Part shown: piece after piece, positions 43,100 to 55,752 of the stretch
How positions within the stretch are numbered: the first letter of the stretch is position 1
Layout: each line of letters opens with the position of its first letter
From: Eledone cirrhosa
Taxonomy: Eukaryota
DNA: 64,000 nucleotides
NCBI GenBank assembly: GCA_964016885.1
Contig: OZ024746.1
Location: 47,554,001-47,618,000 of the forward strand
Direction of reading: 5' to 3'
Position numbers and translations under genes: made by a program
The notes under the pieces: generated by a model
What the model was told of the DNA's origin: nothing
Seen by the model: only the letters and a program-made list of their open reading frames with translations
The model's database searches: none

Positions 43100-43490
43100 A
43101 AAATTGGGAGGTTGTGTGTGTGCTTATATGGTAAATAGGTTTGATGGCACACCATTTAGGTGACCAGTTCTGTAAATCCATAAATCTATCATTGTCACTT
43201 CACTAACCACCTATGTCTGCGATGTTCTCCAGTGTCTTTGTTACCCACATTATTCCAGTCCCTCTAAAAATTAAGAATTCTGAATGTGATTGTTCTTTTA
43301 GCTCCACCTGGTTCGAGGCATTAACTATCTTCCTTTTCCTCACTCCCCCTCACACTACTGTTTTATTCTACTCTTCCTACACATTCCTAAACATTCACTT
43401 CATTTCCTGAAGTGTCAACATCATATTATATCTCTCTTCATCAATCTCAGAGTGCAATGGCCTAAAACGTTAGATTCTTCACTAATCTGC
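43100..43490 (+). mobile_element. Possible decayed Penelope-like 3' end with a degenerate hammerhead
   Basis: Weak GIY-YIG-like remnants (LGDQF, HFTNH) followed by TTCCTGAAGTG...TAAAACGTTAGA. Confidence 0.3.
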
Positions 43491-43796
43491 AAATTGAATG
43501 AACTTCTAGAAATTAATTGTTGCTGATGCAGGTCATCTAATCCTACATGAATTATCACAGGCAATACCAGAGCTTTCTATAGTTAACTGAAACTTTAATA
43601 GTTATAGTATGTTAAGGAAAAGAGGATTTTGCTTAAACTAGCTGCATATTTTAAAGATATAATAAAGTAGCAAAATTATCTATTTTCTTACTCGTTTCAT
43701 ATAGTAAAATTAACTGGAAAAAAAATAATAATTTGCATAATTTGATTGGTGCAATATTTTGAATAGTAGAACTCCAGAGAATTGAGAAAACGCATA

Positions 43797-44002
43797 TTAA
43801 CCCTTTAGCATTTAAACTGGCCATATCAGGCCAGAATTCTCACCTCTTTCTGTTCAAACTGGTAGTAACCGGCCGCTCATAGTGTTAAGGTATTGTTCTC
43901 AAAATAAATATCAATCTCATAGATTTTATATTATGTGAGATAAAGTGTTTACCACAAAAATACAATAGTAAATATAGAGTAATGTAAATGCTAAAGGGTT
44001 AA
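43797..44002. mobile_element. piggyBac-type MITE
   Basis: Same TIRs and TTAA flanks. Confidence 0.85.
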
Positions 44003-47000
44003 AGGATTCAGTTGATATGTACATGAGAAGACACTTGTGGTTTGGAGATGCCAGGTGAAAACGTACTGAGTTCAGTCAAAGCTATCCATAGAAAAAAAAA
44101 GATTTGAGAAGTTGTGGAGAGGTCAAGTCTAAAGTAGCTAGGTGTTACTGATGGCAGCAGAAAGTAAGATGGATGTTAAAATGATGAAGAACTTCCTTCA
44201 TTAAATTATTAGTTCACATCATGTAGTTTTTAGTATTAAATTCCCATTTGTAGTGTATGTCTAATGCTAAGTTTAGAATTTTTTTTTTTAAATTGAAATT
44301 ACACAATAATGTATACTTTCTTTACAATTGGCCTTCATTTTACCCCTATTTAGTACTATAGTTAATGTGACTGAGTTACAATAGATTATATAGTTATTGG
44401 TGGTGGATTAGCAATATCGGTAAAGTGTCAGACACCATGCTTTGCAGCATAGAGTTATGACCCTTTACGTTTTGAGTTCAAATCCTGCCGAAGTTAGCTT
44501 TGCTCGATAAAATAAAGCACCAGTAATGCACTGGGTGTAATTGCTGGCCTTGTGCAAAAAGTAGAAACTGTTATTTTACTTACAATCTTGGTAATCAACA
44601 GAAATTCATATTTTATTTTTTGCCTGACTTCTAAAAGCATTTAAAGTAATATCCTAGTTAAATTGCATTGTACTATATTGTAAGAGTCAAAACATTTTCA
44701 TGTCAAAGTTCTAAGAAACATACAAAAAAAAAAAGGCAACGAAATACTTTAGAGAACATTGATAAAAACTTTGAATCAGTTAAACAGAGAGAGATATTTA
44801 TTTTCATTTCAATCCAAATATTTATTGTTTCACCACAGAAGAATCATAAACACTAGCTACATAGCTATTCATTCAACATTTTGCTTGAGAGAAACATCCA
44901 CTTCACAGAAAAATAGATGAACAGACCAAAAGATTGGATTATTTTTTTTTAAAGTGCTACAGCTTACCTTTTAATCATTTTATTGTTTAAATCCAAATAT
45001 ACAATTCTACCAATTCCACTCAAACTGAAAGTGAAGTGGAGAAAAGGAAGAGAAGTGCCTGTTAGCACTTGGATTAATGATGACATAGACAAGGAGGCAG
45101 CAGGAAGAAGATAAAAAGTATTAAATGTTCTGAGGAGAGTTACACCTATTTCACAAAGGTTGAGTAATAAAAGACTTATTCAAAATCAACAAAACACTCA
45201 GAAATGTCTACAATCTAAAATTGAACTTAGTCACTGTCAACAAATTAAAAGCCAGCTAAAATAGGATATAATTTCCTTAGTGTATAAAGGATTATCATTC
45301 AACTGGAAAGTTCAACATAGCACATCAACATTTTTTTTTTCAAAGCGGTTTCTTTTAGTCTCTCTTTTCAAAACTTTAACATATTCTCACAATAGTAACT
45401 TCATAGAAGTGGCAGAAAAAGCAGCATTCCGGAGGAATAACAACATAAGAAATTGGCTAGAATATTAAATCAATAGCTCTCAAAAATAGATGCAAAATAA
45501 ACTAAAAATAAAATAGGTTTGACTTTTTCTGTCAATCACTATAAACCTAACAAGAAGAATACAAAAATGTCTGTGAAAAAATAAATTCTGGTAGAAAAAA
45601 TGTTCAAAACATTCTTGCAGGTATATATTATCTTACTTTCCCACACACAACTAATTATATATAGAAAGTAGTTTTTATTAAATTTAGTCAACTAACGGTA
45701 ACTGTTGAAATGTTTGTGTGTGTGTAGTGTGTGCATGTGTGTGCGGGTGTGTGAATGAAACAAACTTGAAGTAACTAGAACAGTAAAATAACTCGCAAAA
45801 TGAACTTGAAATGCAAAACATGAACTGAATAAAGTAAAATTTTTAATTTCAGTGCAACATGTAACAAATCCTATTCAAATATTCCAGAATTCATCCAATG
45901 AAGAGTTAAACTATTGTATAGTGTCCATATCAATATATAAAAGAGAGCAGTACTGAATGGCTCAGATCATACTCCTATACCCATTGTAAATAGGCAGTAA
46001 ACATACATAGTATTAAAGAAAATATTCAAGAAATTTAATTAGGATATTTATGCCAGCAAAATCAGGAAAGCAAGTTGAAATAAAACCCTAAACTTAGAAA
46101 ATTTACACAAGAAATTAGTGTAAGTAATTCAGGTACCAGTTACTGTACCGAGATGTCCAAGAAACATGCTGTCTATTACAGTCGGCCAACTGCTATTACT
46201 TCTTTTTTTTAAAATGAATATAAAGCAAGGTTAATTGGTGCAGTGGAAAGTTTATATGAAATTATAAATATATCTATCAAAGCACAATTTTATATAGATG
46301 AGTTCCGATAATTGTATTAGATATTAATTTTTGAGATTCACATTTTAATTTTGTCTGATAATTTTTTTAAATAATGATTTCATGAATATTTGTAACAAGT
46401 TTGGATTTAAACTTCGTGTAAATACCAAAGAACTGAAAATCTTTGAATGAGAATGATGAAAATTTATTAGGTCTGTGAGAAAACATACTTTTACTTGTAA
46501 TGGAAATCAGCTCCCAAATAAGCAGAGATACACAGAAGACGTAGAATGCTTTACCGTGGATGCAAAACCATTACTGACAACTTGAAAGCATATTCTTCTT
46601 AGCTTGAAAACAAATAAAATCTACAAAAATCTATTAGAAATACCTATTTGGAAAAAAAAAAAAAAGACCACATCAAAACTAAGTCACATAGAAAGCAAAA
46701 TCTCAATGTGAATTCCTCTTAATATTGATAGACAATAACTAGTGAGAACACTCTTGAAATGAATGGAGATATTATCAAAAAATTATATAGTAAAGTTTAT
46801 ATATGTTTGGTGCATGTGTTTTTGTGTTTGCATATGAAAGAGAGGGAGAGAACAAGTGAAGGATGAAGTTGAAACTTTCCAATGTAGTGAGCAACTTCAA
46901 TACACACAGTTACCAATAAGGAGCTAAGAAGAGGGTTTTGTGGTCTAATTAGCTGTTAAGCTCAATACAAGATTTTCTTCAAGTTGCTCCTCACAAATTT

Positions 47001-47128
47001 ACAATCCTTCTAACAGCTACTAATATTTGGAGTTAACCATTTAGAAGGTGAGTAGTGAATGGCTGGAAGGTCACAGTAAACACTGACCCACTAAATAAGC
47101 CAACTCACTGCTCCAAGAGATAACCAAC

Positions 47129-47344
47129 TTATAAGTTGGGATGAGCTCGGAACAAGAGCATACTACCTACTTCAAGTTTTAAAGTCACAATTTCATTGGC
47201 AGACATGAAAAACACAGAACCTGGTTGAAGTTTGAGAGGGTTAGCAAGTGACCTTGTTGTTCCCTCAGCTTTGCCACTGATCACGATACAGATACTGGCA
47301 GTTTGTAGAGGTCTCAGTTGATACTGAGCTACATCTCCAGGAAG
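47129..47344 (-). CDS. MPI: Mannose-6-phosphate isomerase, last exon
   Basis: ttttcag|LPGDVAQYQLRPLQTASICIVISG...LQPGSVFFMSANE...LLFRAHPNL*; 216 bp. Confidence 0.92.
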   Translation of the reverse strand, partial: LPGDVAQYQLRPLQTASICIVISGKAEGTTRSLANPLKLQPGSVFFMSANEIVTLKLEVGSMLLFRAHPNL

Positions 47345-48973
47345 CTGAAAAGAAAAGCATCAAGAACTAGAAATGACTGAAAAAACAACTTATAAAATAT
47401 ATATAAAAACATCAATGAACTTTCATAATTTGTGAAATAATCCGTTAGAAATTTACTTAAAAAAGAGGTAATTGAATATACAAGGAAAAATGTAGAATTG
47501 CACTGCAAAAAGCCACTTACAAATACTAAAATATCAAAGTGAGCCAACAAAGGAGACTGTGTGGTTGCTCAACCTCCCAGACATAGCAACCTAATCTCCC
47601 TCAAATAAAAAACCTAATCTTACAAAACAAAGGACACATTGGATAATGTAGCCCTAAGATGTGTGCTTTGACAATTGATAGGATAATCATGGCTTGAATT
47701 CCTTTGATCATAAGTCAAATTTATCAGGGCTCCTCAGACTAAACTACTATCATCAAAGTATTTTACTTTCTCTTTTTAGCTATTTATACATTGTTGATAA
47801 ACCTTTTACACAAAATTAAAGGAGCACGGCTTTGTGGTTAAGGTATTCGGCTTACAATTGTAAGGTTGTGAGTTTGATTCCTCTCAACTGGCAAAAATTA
47901 GTTGTACCTGTAATTCAAAGGGCCTGCCTTGTCATGCTGAATCTCCCAGAGAACTATGTCAAGGGTTTGCATGTCTGTGGAATGCTCAGCCACTTGCATG
48001 GTAATTTCAAGAGCAGGCTGTTCTGTTGATCAGATCAATTGGAACATTCATCGTCGTAACTGACAGTGTCACTTACAAAATTAATTACATAAAGATTAAT
48101 TTGTTGCACTATTGATTTCACAAATCCATTTATATCACCAATTCTCGATGAACTTATGATGACAATCTATTGACCATGTACTTTATTTTAAAATTTGAAA
48201 TATAGGAGTTTTATATTTTAAATTCTATTTTTAGACCCCAATAATCTCATTGCATAACAAAGCGTTTGAATATTTATCTTGGTATTTATAACCCTGTCAT
48301 TGAGCCAACACATTCATGGAATATGGACTAACTCTACACAAGTTATAAAAAAAATATCACCAAATTTACTTCCTAGATAAATTTTAATGCATTTGATGCT
48401 CAATTACTCTTTATATAAAATAGATGCTCCTGGTGAAAGTTGGATTTTTTTTAAAATAAACAACACTAGATTTTATGGATTAAAATACAGCAAGTTCTTG
48501 TAAATGTTACTGAATAAATATACCAATGACAACATTATCATAAGGTTACTGGATTTTGATTTGGCTCCAAGTTTCTTCCACAGTATCACTCATGCCAACA
48601 AAAAAGGTGGACATAAAGTGATGATGATATATCATCTTCTTTTTACATCTGCTTTCCATGTTGGCATAGGTTGAAAGTTTGTTACTGTTAGAGTCAGTTC
48701 TTATTCAGAACTACTACCGTCCTAGATCAGGTGGAGTAAATATTTAAAAAATTAAGATAGATAAACCTAACCTCACAAAAAACTACTTAAAGTGACTAAG
48801 TGTGTGATAAACCCAACTAATGCTAATTGGAGGTTTGGCTTTTGATATGTTGAATGCCTGTGGCACCTCGCGAAATATCTAATGATTTTTTTTTTTAATA
48901 TTAGAAAATATAGAATTTTTCAAATAGAAATGAGCTTACAACTTTTATTCCAATATGAAAAGAAGTCACTTAC

Positions 48974-49182
48974 CATAATACGCAAAACAGCAAAATCATT
49001 TACTGGAGGCTTGAAAATAGCAGCATAAGGGTCTTCTGTATCCTGAATGGCTGCAAATATAGCTTTCTGTGGATGCCGACCAGTGTAGTCTAACATTTTG
49101 CACAGTGTCTGCACATCAACATATTTCACAGTCAACCCTGCTCGTACAACATTATCAGAGCAGGCCATGCACTCCATACAAT
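48974..49182 (-). CDS. MPI: MPI exon (ECMACSDNVVRAGLT motif)
   Basis: (D)CMECMACSDNVVRAGLTVKYVDVQTLCKMLDY...FAVLRIM|gtaag; 209 bp. Confidence 0.97.
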
Positions 49183-49289
49183 CTGGATGAAGAAATAAAA
49201 AATAAGAGTTTAGCTTTTTTTCCTTTAAGATTTTAAGGGAAACATTAACTAAAATGTATTTTAAAATGAAAAAAAAAGTTATGTATTAC

Positions 49290-49463
49290 CTCCAGACAAG
49301 TATGCATGTGGTAGATTTGCATCAAGGAACATAGCTTGACCTGGTTGGAGAGTGATATGATTGAGAAAATACACAGCAAAGCAACCAACATCTCCAGGAA
49401 ACTCTCTGTGAAGTTTTAGAAGCACCTCTCCATTATATTGAGAAATATCCTCTCCTTGTTCCT
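49290..49463 (-). CDS. MPI: MPI exon (HAYLSG motif)
   Basis: FPGDVGCFAVYFLNHITLQPGQAMFLDANLPHAYLSG; 174 bp. Confidence 0.97.
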
Positions 49464-49771
49464 CTAAAAAAGAAATGATCAAATATATTCTTGATAATTC
49501 CTGAAATGGTTAGAACTATGAGAAATCACAAGATAATACTTATTTAATAGTTTCCAATCTGCAATTACTAAAACTCCAACAAGAAAATTAGTTGAAAACC
49601 GTAACAACACAGAAATTTATCAAACGAAGTAACAGCAACTGGCTTAACTCTATTTATTTAGCCTACTTGATATATATATTCAATATTATTTTAGATTTCC
49701 AGTTTGCTTTTGACCTAAATATATACGAGGAGAAAGACAATAAAAAGAAAGTTGAAAATAATCAAATTTAC

Positions 49772-49957
49772 CCATGTCGTGTATCTTTGAAATCCATTTC
49801 CGCAGTTCTTTTTGTAATACATCCTTATCTCTCATCATCATTGCTTCAAAAGCATTTTTCATCACACACCTGTGCGAGGCCATATCAATAGCTTTGCTGG
49901 CAGTTATCAATTTAATAGCATTATCATTTCCAACAACAGCACGAAACTCTTCTATAT
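49772..49957 (-). CDS. MPI: MPI exon (helical domain)
   Basis: tacag|(D)IEEFRAVVGND...FEAMMMRDKDVLQKEL..|gtaaat; 186 bp; phases match both neighbours. Confidence 0.9.
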
Positions 49958-51055
49958 CTGTAAAAGCACATTAACACATTATCAAATATCATTTCAACTG
50001 AACACAATCAAATTAGTTTTGTTTTCTAAAGACTGTGTGGTTGAATTAGTAAGAGGAGGGGAAAGAGCAACATTTATTTAGGCCTATGAGAGATGTGTAG
50101 AGCGCAAAGATAATGCATTTTTCTTTGTAGAGTATGATGGCTCATAATGTATAGAAACACAGGAGGACTGAGATTAGTTTAATGGAGTGACCTGCTGTGT
50201 TGAAATGGTGAGCCATGGATTGTCCCATAGTGCAATGAACAACAGTGTTTGTGAAATTGATCACCCAAACAGCATCCTAGCTTCTCTGAATTAAGTTTTT
50301 TTTTTTTTATATGTTATATTAGATATAGCCAATCATATTTTATAATCAGTTTAAAACATATAAGCCACCTTAGGAGAATTAAAACTACCTGCACTAAAAT
50401 GCATCGTAATATCCTAATTTTAAAAAAATTTCCTAAAAAAAAATATATTTCTCTTCATTTTTAACTGAAAATTGTTTACTTAAATCAAATAAAACACTGA
50501 AGGTTAACTTGTCACTTTAAAAATTAAATGTTAAAATTAGCTTAAAATCTCATTAACTTAATTTTTCCAACAATTGTAAATTTTCTTCCATCATTTGAAT
50601 ATAAACATCATTTAATTATATTTCTAAATAAGAAAATCTACATCATAGTCTAATACAAACCTGCACCATAGCAGTTTGTGAAGTCCTAGATAATCAAATC
50701 CTAAGTTTGAACTTGAGCCTCTTTTCTCATATTTAAAACTATTATTGGATTGATTGTGTTATGATAACATGTTGATTTGTCTAATAGCTTTGAATTCTAG
50801 TATGAGGAGAAACAATTTTGAGCTTTACTTTTTCTTTGCTTTCCCTAAAATAAATTACCAAAAACTCTCATTCACAATTATGTTCATTTTTAATTTTAAG
50901 AGACCTAATTCTGCCTTTTAATAGCTGATCCACTATTTCATGGTCATTGGGAGAAGCACACTTAGCAATAAAAACTTCTTGACAAACAATTAAGTTTTCT
51001 ATTTAGAGACAGTAAGAAACTTTGATTCTGTTGATAGTAATGAGAGAAAATTTAC

Positions 51056-51197
51056 CTTGAAGGTATTTAGCTACATCCTGAATCACACGGAATCCACACA
51101 AGCCCTGGAAAGGTGTTAAAGCGATTGCCAATTCTGGCTTGTGGTTAGCATCCTTATAAAGGTTAGGGTTTTCTTTGTTTAACAGCTCTGCGTGAAT
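51056..51197 (-). CDS. MPI: MPI exon (YxDxNHKPE motif)
   Basis: [47 protein letters not shown]; 142 bp. Confidence 0.97.
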
Positions 51198-51309
51198 CTG
51201 AAATAAAGAATATTTGGATCTAAGTGCTACATATATTAAAAAATAGATAAAATTTAATTAATATAAAATTAAAACTGAAATACATAAGCATCATAATACA
51301 GATTTGATA

Positions 51310-51925
51310 AATGAAGAAATGGAGTTCCACTGAAGCAGGTGGAGAAATTCAAGTATCTCAGGGCCTAGTTCATGAGTGATGGAAGGCAGGAGGCTGAATT
51401 AAGTGCAAGAATTGCAAGAGCTGGTGCAGTAATGTGCCAGATCAGCATTCGGTAATCAGAAGGAGGGGGTAGGTTTAAAGGCCAAACTTGCTATCTTCAA
51501 TTTGGTATTTGTGCCAACCTTTACCTATACTCATGAATCTTGGGTAATGACTGAAAGAATATGATTACAAATACAAGGGGCCAAAATGGGGTTCCCTCGA
51601 AGGGTCTTTGGAGTAATGTTACTTGATAGAGTGTGTAGCTCTGAGATCAGAGTCACTCCAGGTAGAGCCGCTTCTTCTCCAAATTGAGGGATAACAGCTC
51701 CAATACTATGGGCATATGGTTAGATTGTCTCAGGAAAGAATTGCTGGACAGATTTTATGGGCATAACCAACTAGCAGGAGACCAAGGGCTAGACTCTGAG
51801 CAAGATGGTTGGATAACATCCATAAGCTCGGCTGGTCTCACTTGGGGATCCAGCTGGATCAGTTTGAAACGGTTGCTTCTTACAGGACTCTGGAAGGAGT
51901 ATTTAAGGACTCTGCCCCCGACGAC
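51310..51925 (+). mobile_element. Degraded LINE 3' portion (second RTE-like family)
   Basis: LKQVEKFKYL, PTFTYTHESWVMT remnants; ends in an (AAG/AAC)n tail. Confidence 0.7.
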
Positions 51926-52489
51926 AAGAAGGAGGAGGAGATGAAGAACAACAACAAAAAGAAAGAAGAAGAAAAGAAGAACTTTGGTCATGCCTACTCA
52001 TATATGCTTCAAATTTACTTAGCAACTACTAGATTGCAAGTGATAACAGTATCTCTATATAATTCTGACAACTGTATTTTAACTAGCAGATGAAAAAGCA
52101 TTGTAGATGGTTCTAAAATTAGACAGATCATCATCATCATTTTACATCTGCTTTTCCCTGATTGCAAGGGAGATAAAATGATAATATAGGTTAAAACAAA
52201 ACTTAATTGCTGCTTAGTTATTGTAACGTATTAAAGACCTTAACAAGCTATTGTATGTACTGCAACATCACACAAACAATTCAGAATAGGAAGACAGAAG
52301 ATGCAACATTTTAAAAACTAGGTGTATTTTTTAACTGACTTAATCAAAGAATTTAGCAAAAAAAAAAGTATTTGATACAAATAAGAACTTTAATTACTTC
52401 AATAAATTCAGTAAAATCAAGTAGTATATGATGGTGTCGTATCTAATGACTGGCACACCAGTATAAACTACTAAAAAAGATATGAGAGA

Positions 52490-53615
52490 GAGGTAACTAC
52501 AAAGGCATCAAGCTACTAAAAGGGTTATAGCACAACTAATTACAGACAAAATTAAGCTAGACAAGATGCAATTTGGCAGTATGCTTGTTATGAATATTAC
52601 TGATGCCCTCTTCCTGGTAAGACAACTGCAAAAGTGCCCTGTGTTTATGGACCTGGAAAAAGCCTTTCATAGGGTTTGCTGCTCTACAGTTTAGTGGCAC
52701 TTAGGAGGCTACATGTTAAAGGAGTAGCTTGTGAGCGTAATACGAGCTATGTACAGAAGCACAACCAGAAAGGAGAGGGTTGGCAATGCCGAATTTATCA
52801 TTATTCTTCAGACCATAACAGGTGAGTTTAAGAATGGTTGTCCATAGGCAATCCTGTATGCTGATGACCTAATTCTTATATCTGAATCTGTAGAAGAGTT
52901 AGAGGTAAAATGCAAAACATTTGAAGATAAACCTAGAATTGAGTGGCTTAAAAGTTAACTGAGCAAAGACAAAATATGAAGGAAAGAAAACAGAAATCTG
53001 ACGCTGTTAGAAAAATGGTCCTTCCCGATGTGTTGAAATGGAATCAGCAGAAATTCCATAATGATGTACAAAAGATGTCGTGGGATTACAGGCATGTTAA
53101 TGGAGAACATAGACTTTGTATGTGACAGATGCACAAGAGAAATAAACACTAAGAGCACACGTGAAATAGAGTCCCTCAATTGCCAAAGAGGCTCCCTAGA
53201 TGATATAATCATCAATGGGGAAGATGTTCAGAGAGTTTAGTAGCTAGAGTAATAACAGGCTGGAAGAGGTTTAGAGAACTATCTGCTGACAACAAAGACC
53301 TTGAGTGCAGAAAATCTGCAAAGGCTAGAAAGAAATGAAGCGAGTATGCAGATCTGGTGTGCAAGAGGACAGCACTTTCACATACAAGTGATGTGTATGG
53401 AAGATGACAGCTGCATACAATGTAGATAAATTTCAGTAGACCAAGGAAGACATGGGATGAAGTAGTGCAAACTGATCTTAGAAAGCTGAACCTCACAACA
53501 GAAATGACAAAGCACTGTGAAGATTAGTGCCATGTTATATTGGATAAGCCTCACTTACCTATATAAAAAAACCCATGCTAGCGTGGAAGATAGACGTTAA
53601 ACGATGATGATGAAG
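52490..53615 (+). mobile_element. Heavily degraded RTE LINE
   Basis: LDKMQFG, MDLEKAF, LYADDL, RPRKTWDEVV remnants and the family tail GGAAGATAGACGTTAAACGATGATG. Confidence 0.85.
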
Positions 53616-54066
53616 ATGCACCTCTCCACTATATTTCACATATCCTCAAAGAACATGACCTGGCTCATCCATGTTCAACCCCTTATACCATTGGTCCTTA
53701 GTAACTATTTTCATCACAATACTGTGATCACCCCCTGCCCACCAACTACCCCTTTTCTTCTTCACATCATCCTGTTAAATCCCACTGCCCCTGTCGTAGT
53801 TCTTTAGTAACTGTTTTTATCATCATTGCACCAACCAACTCTATCCAAGATCAACCCCACCCCTTTCCCCTGTTACATCAACCAGTATAGAAGAAGAGAC
53901 CTGCTCGCAGTGCCATGCAGTGGGATTGAACAGAGGATTTCTTAACTACAGCTATGCCAGGGTATTATCAATGCAGAGTAAAACCAAAGTAACTCTTATT
54001 TGAAAAGATATTTGTCCTGAATATATGATGAATGAATACTGAGTCAATAGAAAAATATTTACTCAC

Positions 54067-54267
54067 CTTATTTGGATGTGCTTGAACTGATAGAGATGTT
54101 CTAACAGAAAGCACTTTGAACAAGAAAGGCAACTCCCCTTTGAAATATTCATTAGTTTCCTTTCCTAACCGTTCTGGATGTTCGCTGATCCATTCCCCAA
54201 GATCTTTCTCTCCCATTCCATCCAAATATATTTTGGAGGGTCCATTTGGATGTGTACCCATCCATAA
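54067..54267 (-). CDS. MPI: MPI exon (LWMGTHP...LSVQAHP)
   Basis: LWMGTHPNGPS...LPFLFKVLSVRTSLSVQAHPNK|gtgag; 201 bp; upstream exon(s) with the YxWGK motif not found in the window. Confidence 0.97.
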
Positions 54268-55752
54268 CTATAAAATACAAAAACAATGAATTTATGATTC
54301 ATTATGTTCAATTTCAATTATTTAGCAAATACTCATCATTACTTTAATGACTTTTTCTATGCTAGCTTGGGTGCATATGGCTGCCATATCACTTAAGGGA
54401 CAGCCTTTTCAAATTTGGTCTCACCACTTTTTCCAATGTCCTTAGTCTTCGTTTTCTGACATCACACTCATCATCTATCCAAATCATGTCTACACATCTA
54501 CACATCAGCTGATACATGTCTAGTTGCTTTCTAAGCTCATTTTGATCTATATTTAATGTAAATTAATTGTTTCTACTTTAGGCACAAGGCCAGCAACTAC
54601 CCAGTACATTACTGGTACTTTATTTTATCGACCCCGTAAGGATGAAAGGCAAAGTTAACCTCGGCGGGATTTGAACTCAGACTGTAAAGGGACGTAACTA
54701 TGCTAGAAAGCATGGCGTCCAACCCTCTACCGATACTGCCAATTCACCAATGATGCACATTCAACAGTTGACTGCTTTCTTCTTCCAGATTCAGTGAACA
54801 TGAACTTCTAAGCTATCAACTTACATGGTTTAATCTATGTAATATGTGTCAAAGTTTGTTTTGAATCAAGTTAGCTAGTTCTCAACAAATATTTACAAAC
54901 TTTGACACAGTGATCTAGATCCAGCTCAGAATAACACATTAATTTTTAAATCCCAACTTGGAGTTACCCGGAACAGCAGTTCTGTTTACATACCAACACA
55001 AGAGCAAGAGTGAGGTGCTCATTCTACTGACATGGCTTAAAGATGCTGTTTGCATAATTGCAAAAAATCAAATATTATTACTAATATTCGAAAAACTCAG
55101 ATTACATTTATATATATATATATATACACATGAAGTAATTCCGTCGGAAAAGTCCAGGAAAAAAGAGTGCTCTATGTAGGTAACAGAGCTTAATAGTTAT
55201 GTAATAAACAACATAAGGCAATTATTTCATTTACCAGTGGTTTCTTAAAAGCAAAAACAATTTTGTTTTCAATCATCAGAATGAAAAAATCCTGGCGTAT
55301 TTATTGACGTTGGATTTTAAAAACAAAAATGCAATCTATATGAAAGTGAGGCTGGAAAAGGAAGAAGGAAAGGAAAAATAAAATAAAAACACACATGCAA
55401 ACACACACACACAATTATATACATACACACATATATATATATATATATACACATACACACACACATATGTGTATATATATACATACACATATAAATATCA
55501 ACATATCCATACATACACATACATAATTACAACCACACACATATATATACACACATACATATTCATACATACATACATACACACAATCATACGTATATAC
55601 ACACGTACAGATATACACATACATACATACATATATACATGCATACATACGCATGCACAAAAATAGAAATATATACACACACCTGTGTATATATTTCTAT
55701 TTTTGTGCATGCGTATGTATGCATGTATATGTGTATATATGTACGTGTATAT

